Positions 56,690 to 64,000 of a stretch of 64,000 nt of DNA are shown here, in pieces (within the stretch, counting starts at the first letter, position 1; every line of letters begins with the position of its first letter). The stretch comes from Octopus vulgaris (taxonomy: Eukaryota), in assembly GCA_951406725.2 (NCBI GenBank), contig OX597816.1:85932001-85996000 (forward strand), written 5' to 3'. Under the pieces are notes generated by a model that saw nothing but the letters and a program-made list of their open reading frames with translations, was not told the origin of the DNA and did not search any database. The position numbers and the translations under genes are program-made.

Positions 56690-56733
<44 letters not shown>

Positions 56734-56760
56734 GTATATACATATATATATATATATATG

Positions 56761-56861
<101 letters not shown>

Positions 56862-57079
56862 ACATATACGCGCAGGTGTGGCTGTTATGTAAGACGCGCT
56901 TGCTTACCAGCCACATAGATCTCCGTCATCTTTTTCTGCCTCTCCTTCTTCCCTGCAAAGAATTCCCAACGGTCTCGAACCCACAAGTGTAAACAAGAGA
57001 GACAGAGAGACAGGCATAAACGAGGAAAATGCCCCTTATATTTGAATACTATGCAAATATTCTTTTAAAAAAACTTTCC

Positions 57080-57130
57080 ACACTTACAGTTGAAAAAGTC
57101 TCAATGACTGAAACCGGTACTGAAATGTGT
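57080..57130 (+). ncRNA. Minimal hammerhead-like motif, decayed core
   Basis: CAG-TTGAAAA-AGTC-TCAAT-GACT-GAAA-CCGG-TA-CTG. Stems I and II are perfect and the CCGG loop is palindromic. The core has two mismatches to CTGANGA. Confidence 0.5.
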
Positions 57131-58534
57131 TTTATAAAATGATTTTAGCATTATCTACCTTGACGTTTTTTACACACACACACGCACACACCCACACATA
57201 CATATATGTAGTTGAAATATGTGAGATAGATATATTTTGCCTAATTTGTTTATCCTTATTTTTACTCACACACACACACGAAGTGTATCTACAGTTTCTT
57301 TCGACCAAATATTCCGTCACATGGCATTGGTCGTACCGGGCTGTAGTTGAACCCATTCAAAGTGTCGCGGAGTACAACTCAAACGGTGACCACTGCATAT
57401 CACATAGCAATATCTAAGTATATGTTTGTGTACAGAGAGAGAGAGAGAGAGTGAGAGAGAAAGAGAGGAAAGGATGGAGAGAGTAAGAGAAAGAAAGAGA
57501 GAGAATGTAAATATATTTATGAGTAAATATTTATTTATATGTATGTATATATGTATGGATATATATATATATATGTATATATTCGTATGTATACATATGT
57601 ATGAATATATATAATATACATATATATATATTTATATGTCTATAAATATTTATATATGCACGTAAGTACATATGTATGTTTATATGAATACGTAAATATA
57701 TATATATATATATATATATATACATGTTAGTACGTATGTATATATATATGTATATGTATATATATGTTAGTATGTATGTACCTGTATATATGTACGATAC
57801 TTCGGTGATAATTCCCTTGCTCAGATGTTCAGGACTTTGGTAGATTGTGATATTGTGTCATAGTCCCCAATATTCCGTGTTCACTCTTGGCCAGTATGAT
57901 ACTTTTAATAAATAACCCGGTTATGGGTTAAATACCAAATATATTCTTGTGGCTGTAGCTAACAGTATTCTCTGAAGGCATAGTAACTGTGTCATACACC
58001 CATGATTTTATAACGTACTTTGATGTCAGATTGAGCCTTAATTATTTAACAGACTCGTTCATAAAATTTAAGCTCAGGTTAGCAGGGAACGAGCAAAGTA
58101 AACTGAAAACGAAGTTTATTAGTACTTTTAAGGAAACACTCGGTATATTTTCCCTAATGAGTATCATTCAACTTTTGTCATATTTTTAAGTAAAAGAAAA
58201 TGGAATCAATATATAAAAAATTATAAATAAGGGAAACGCACGTCATCTTTTCAAGTTCTACTCATGTGGCAAAAAGGGACTGAAAGGGGTTGCTGTAAAC
58301 ATGCACCTATAGATCAGCGCGAGTGTAATTTTGTTGGGTTTTCACTAGCAGCTGTTGAAATTTACCAACATTAGCGCAAATATTTGTTTGAATTTTGGCT
58401 TCTGTTTTTTATGATTTTCCTCTTCCCACGGCTTTATGTAACTTCACATCATATCATATTGTCCTGTACCGACCTCACTCTGCTTATACATCCCTAATGA
58501 TTAATAAAGAGATCATTATAGTTACAATGAAACC

Positions 58535-58745
58535 AGTGAGCTAGAAGTATTGTTATGGCGTCGAAAATAAACGTGTAGCGTTATTTCGTTCGACACATTA
58601 CGGTCGGAGTACAAATTCCACCGAGTTCGAATTTGACTTTCATCCTTTCGCGGTCGATAAAATAATGTACCAGGTTAGCATTAGGATCGACGACTATCCC
58701 CGTGCTCTAAATGTTCAGGCCTTGTGCCCACAACTGAAAGAATCA
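58535..58745 (+). mobile_element. Decayed SINE family A
   Basis: GAGCTAGAAG..GAGTACAAATTCCACCGAGTTCGA..CTTTCATCCTTTCGCGGTCGATAAAAT..GGCCTTGTGCC. Confidence 0.75.
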
Positions 58746-60385
58746 TATTAAACTTTCTGTAATAGACATAATTATTTAGAAATTTAAATTACTTCTTTAA
58801 AATAAACTATAAACCATGTTACTAGACAATATAAGCACCAATTATTATAATTGATTCATGCTAGTTTCAATAATTAATATACCTCCAAGTGAAAAAAAAA
58901 TTAATGCAATGACTGTATTTATCGTCATCCAAATCTCTAGCTTCAGTTTTGATTTAACTGGGAAGATTTCATTTATATTAAAATTCATGGCACATATTTT
59001 AATTTTAATTTTAAAACACTGATAACTTCAATGATCATACATTTACATGTGACATGAACAATGTATAAACTCATTCTCCTTTACTATATATACTGTTGCA
59101 ATAGTAACGATATTTAAGTACTACTTTGGTTTACAAAAATTTACAAATTCAACCAATATTGTAATGGGTGAAATTCAGATATGCTGAGATTCAGATATCT
59201 TTGCTCATTTTGCAGTATGCATGAAACAGTTCCATCATACAATGGAACCTGATGTGTGGTCGAATTTTTGCATAAATTATTACTAGAGGTTAACCGGGTT
59301 TGCTCTTCAGAAACAGTTAAGTGATTTGCAGTGAACTAACAAGCGACAGTTTAGTCTTTTATGAATGTTTTCCAATATTTGAAAAAAACAGTTGAAATAA
59401 AGTTGTTATGAAGTGGAAATAAATAATTTAGAAAGCATCCTAAACATTTCCCATTCCAATAATATTGTTAGTTAAGTTGTACACCCATATAAAAAAATAT
59501 GTTAACACAATGTAATCATCACACTTCATGCGCATCTAAAGCTATGCAATACCCTTAAACAATATTTTTAAAAATCAATATTTGTTTAACTCAATACACA
59601 AATTATTTCATTTACTTAATCATGCGTGTATGAGTCTTTTGAAAAATAGAGTAAAGAATATGGTTCGCAGAGAAGTTCAAAATCTAACGGAATACATCAG
59701 CATCTGGTTGTGTACTTGGCAGGAAAAACGAAATTTTACTTCTGGAAATACACATTCAGAAACACATATAAAAATATAAAGTATATAATGTAAATGTTGA
59801 AAAATGCTTCCGAAATACGTTCAGAATCTAACGGAATGCGTCAGTATCTTGTCGTGTACTTGGCAGGAAAAACGAAAAATGCTTCCGAGTAGAAAATCAA
59901 AAGTATTTTTAACCAACATATTTATAATATTATTTACAGTTTTAAGTATATATTTCTCATTTCATGACAAATGCAATGAAAGAGAAATAGCGATAAAGAA
60001 CAATTTAGTTCTATTGTTGTTGTTATAAGTAAATGTTTATAAAAGAAGTTTTAACAGATAATTTAAACGATTTCGTAAGATGGATGTTATAGGAAATCCT
60101 ATTCTACATCTCGGCTGCAGTCCTACTAAGCCCATATCGCTAATATATTTAATTACCAATGCATTCAGTTGATTATATTGTCTTCAAATGTATTCTTTAG
60201 CAGTCTAGTGATAATTTTCGAAGTGAGCGTAATGAAATACAAAACGTAACCCAAGTGACACGAATTGTATGAAAACAAATTTGCTTTACTGCTCCTCTTT
60301 TATTATGGTTTGCATAAAATTTCTCATTAGTATACATTATTGACTTGACTAATATTTCCAGACTTTTATTAAACATTCCCCAAAA

Positions 60386-60423
<38 letters not shown>

Positions 60424-61334
60424 TAAACCAATTGGTAAAAAATTAAAGCGGCACCGGACAGATTTTAAGCATGTACAACATAAAATCGATAAGCTTAACA
60501 TCTCCACCACCACACAGTAGGTCAGTAGTTTAATATCAATAACGGACATAAATCAATAAATACGGATATCCTTATATTTCAGAGACGGGACCTCATAAAC
60601 AACTATTATTCTAGCATAGTTGCATCTTCTCGTTCTCTTTGTCATGAAGAGTGTGTGCGTGGCCGATTTATTCTCGGATTTATTCGAATAATTGCAGCAC
60701 CCATCGCTTCTTCGCAAGCACTCACGAGTCACGGGTAGTGAGTGTGCTTGGAGCTCCCTAGTTTGGCTGTATTTCACCCTGCTCAGTTATAACGATAGTG
60801 TAGCTATGAATACAATAATGCTTTCTCCTAGAGACGTTAGTTACCGAAGTTAAACGAAGTATCACACCTGATACATTTATGGTATAGCTGTGAATACAAT
60901 AATGTTTTTTCTTAGATACTGAATACCCATCTAGTATTACTAAATACCTACAATAATCCAAAATATACGCTGAACATACGCTTGCTCCATCCAGCAATTT
61001 CATACATTGTTTTTGTAATGCTTAGATTCTAGCAAACCTCTACATGAGACAAAATTAGTAGGATAAACGGTTTAGACGCTTCCCTATTGACAACGTAATG
61101 GATTGTATGAGATCAAATGTTACGGCCAATACTGACTAAAGAAGCCACTTCACAAAGCATATTCTTCGAAAAAGTTCCGTCTTATTTAACGTATGACATA
61201 TTCATGTGGACATGCATTTACAAATCGATAAAAATAACTCTGAAAAATACTTAAGTAAAAACAACAGCAAATATATCGTACATATCGACGTTCGTCCCAT
61301 ATTCAGTACACACATACACCTACATTCTATCTAT

Positions 61335-61520
61335 TGTCTTTCCCATGTTTTAGTCGTTAGAGTGCGGCTGTGCTAGAGTATCGCCTTAAAGAAACTTTGT
61401 ATCCGAATGAATCGATCCTAGCATTTATTTTTTTAACTACATCTAATGGTCTATTATGCCGAACTAGTAACTTACAGGGACATAAACAAATCATTGGTGG
61501 ATTTCAAGTGGTGCTGGGAG
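61335..61520 (-). mobile_element. Decayed SINE family C, 3' portion
   Basis: TGTTTTAGTCGTTAGAGTGCGGCTGTGCTAGAGTATCGCC..AATCGATCCTAG..TTACAGGGACATAAACA. Confidence 0.55.
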
Positions 61521-61547
61521 AAACATACTAACACACACACGCACATC

Positions 61548-61621
<74 letters not shown>

Positions 61622-61624
61622 CGG

Positions 61625-61873
61625 ATGCGTGTGTGGGAGAGAGAAAAAGTTTGTGTAATCTGCTTTGCGGTAAGCAGTTCGCTTCCCAACAATATTGTAC
61701 GGGCTTAAAATCCACACCATGGTAAATTGAGCCTGAGACTTCTGCGTAACGTCGGGCCGTGTAAGTGAATTTGGTACCATGGTGTGGATTTTAAGCCCGT
61801 ACAATATTGTTGGGAAGCGAACTGCTTACCACAAAGCAGATTACACAAACTTTTCTCTCTCCCACACACGCAT
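61625..61873. repeat. Near-perfect inverted repeat (100/99-bp arms, 50-bp spacer) built from a decayed SINE head
   Basis: 61625-61724 versus 61775-61873 differ by only one substitution and one 1-bp indel by eye. Confidence 0.95.
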
Positions 61874-61956
61874 ATACATACATAAACATACAATATATTT
61901 TATATATTTATATATTTATAATATATTAATATATATTTATAATATATTTTATATAT

Positions 61957-61989
<33 letters not shown>

Positions 61990-63429
61990 AATATATATAT
62001 ATATAACGTGCATGTACCTATGGATGCAGATGTACATTTTTCTGTCCATCTGTATTTGTATATGTATACATATATTTGACTATATGTAGGCATGTGTATC
62101 TTCGTATGTGCATACATGTATATATGTATTTGCGAGCATATGTATAATATCTGTACATAATACATCGACGGTAATTATATTGAAATCACATGCAAAATAT
62201 ATTCAAATTTTATGCAAATTAAATACGAAGCAATAACTTTATTATTTTCATGTGAGTTTACAGCGATATAATTCTGTTGATGCTAAGCTGCTATATTTCT
62301 CTGGAGGTTTACTCTGTTAAATTTTGCCGAAAGACTGGAAATAACAAGACAAGCTTTGTAAAACCAAAAGACAATGCTAGCAGATAAACAGATCGAACAA
62401 TTTATTTTGTCACAAAACTCCTGAACTGCCTAGTAACAGAAACGTTTCTCGTATTTATTTTGCTTCACGTCTTTAAACTATTATGTTAACAAAGTTTTGC
62501 TGTCCATATTGTTTGATATTTTGATATTTTTAGTTATTTTGTTATTCTCTGCTATTTACTGAGAAAAAGAATGCATATTTATTGGTTTAACACTTTCGAA
62601 ATGAATACGTAAGATAAAATTTCAAAAAGTCAATACTTCATTTATTATTATTTATTATTATTTCAGTAAACTGCATTCCTATTGCATAATTTTACTGCAT
62701 AATTCTGCACAACTCTGTGAGATTTAATTGTGTGACAGTTTGTACAATATAGAAATATACAGAAAATTTTAGTCAAATCTAATGTTCATGTAATCCATAA
62801 GTCCTAGCACCCAATGTGTTACCTTGAGTCCATGTTATTAACATTTATCACATTTTAGATTAAGAAGACATTCCACAAACGGAGCCATTCTGGTTTTATT
62901 TCTTACTCTTTCAATCTGACATTAAGTATCTTTGCTAGAATATTAAGATTTAGCTGATTGTATGCGTCAAGACAAATGCAATGCAGGATGATTTTCTTTT
63001 ACTTTAAACTATTTCAATCAAAAGTTTAGAAAAATAACACTCCCTCTTTAACTTTTACATCGGTGATTTACAAAATGTGAACACAACACAAATGCTGCAT
63101 TTTCTTTCAGTAGTAGAGAAATTCACCAACGTAAAAACATGAACAACAAAACGATGCCGTTTGGAAGCAATTAGTATGTCACTCATCCTGCAAGGAATTG
63201 TAGCTTAAATAACTTTTAAATCATAATCTTGAGTATTAAAAAGAACATTCAAATTAACATTAATATAAAAGAGAAATGGCTGAAATAACGTCGATCATAG
63301 ATTAAGGCGAACAAAATTCGGACCTTCGTATCATAGGTGATTTACCTCTATTGTGAAATATATAGAAATATACTGCAAAAAAAAATAGAGGAAAACAATG
63401 TCGTCTTAATTATGTGAATATTCAATATG

Positions 63430-63568
63430 AGGAATTACAACCGTATTTCGTGGTCTGCTACCAGAACAGCTCCTTTACAGGATCCATTTTGCTCAAGACA
63501 TCATCAGGAGGAACCACGTCCCGTTTCGGCCCCTACTCTCTACCGTTCGGAGGTGTCTTCAGCTCGGG
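63430..63568 (-). ncRNA. Tandem pair of hammerhead-like cores in a probable PLE pLTR/retrozyme-like module
   Basis: Minus strand: GAG-CTGAAGA-CACCTCC..GGGGCC-GAAAC..GGTTC-CTC, immediately followed by CTGATGA-TGTCTTG..GCAGACCAC-GAAATAC-GGTT-GTA. Stems are imperfect. Confidence 0.45.
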
Positions 63569-64000
63569 TGTTTGGTGCATGTCTTCTTTCTTTTTCTTTC
63601 TTCTGTTCCCTGGCCTCTTAGATGTATCGTCAGCGAGTGTTAGCCGGTGACTGACTGATTTGTCAAAATTTTCCCTTTAAATACCTGCCGCTAGGCTCCA
63701 GCAGGCATACTCAACAAGTTGTCACATGACACTGTCTCACCTTAACTGACAAGTGAAGGCGCGTAGTCTTAACCCGCGCATTCTCTAAACGACCGCCACT
63801 TGTCAGTCAGCGAAGCTGATTCAGTGTCAGCTTGTCTCACCTAGTGATGTTATTTCCCGCCGGCATGTTATAACTTTCAAGCCAATTTTGGTCTCCCCGC
63901 TTCAGCCATATATAGAAACTGGCTTTTTCCGCCACCTCCTGTACTCTCCTTATTAGTTTTCGCAGCTCGGCGCTAGAAAAATCAAATATTTTGAAAAGCG

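Overview
AT-rich, microsatellite-saturated eukaryotic non-coding DNA. The SINE families and the repeat load resemble a coleoid cephalopod such as Octopus (inference). I found no host protein-coding exon, rRNA or true tRNA. Nearly all ORFs in the supplied track are microsatellite artefacts. The window is a transposon graveyard: a young, near-intact 5'-truncated CR1-clade LINE (17.9-20.4 kb), an older CR1, a Tx1/L1-clade LINE, four R4/Dong-clade RLE LINE fragments all sitting in (TAA)n tracts, an internally deleted Helitron, an internally deleted mariner, a decayed Naiad-type Penelope-like element (PLE) abutting a second, oppositely oriented PLE, and many copies of three tRNA-derived SINE families, several with clear target-site duplications (TSDs). 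The most notable unannotated signal is a dispersed set of about 10 minimal type-I hammerhead-ribozyme-like cores (CTGANGA..stem..GAAA..NUH). They sit in short non-coding PLE-end or retrozyme-like modules, and include a tandem pair at 63.4-63.6 kb. There are also several long inverted repeats, one a near-perfect 100-bp-arm palindrome at 61.6-61.9 kb. All protein and RNA calls come from motif recognition by eye. Coordinates of decayed elements are approximate.
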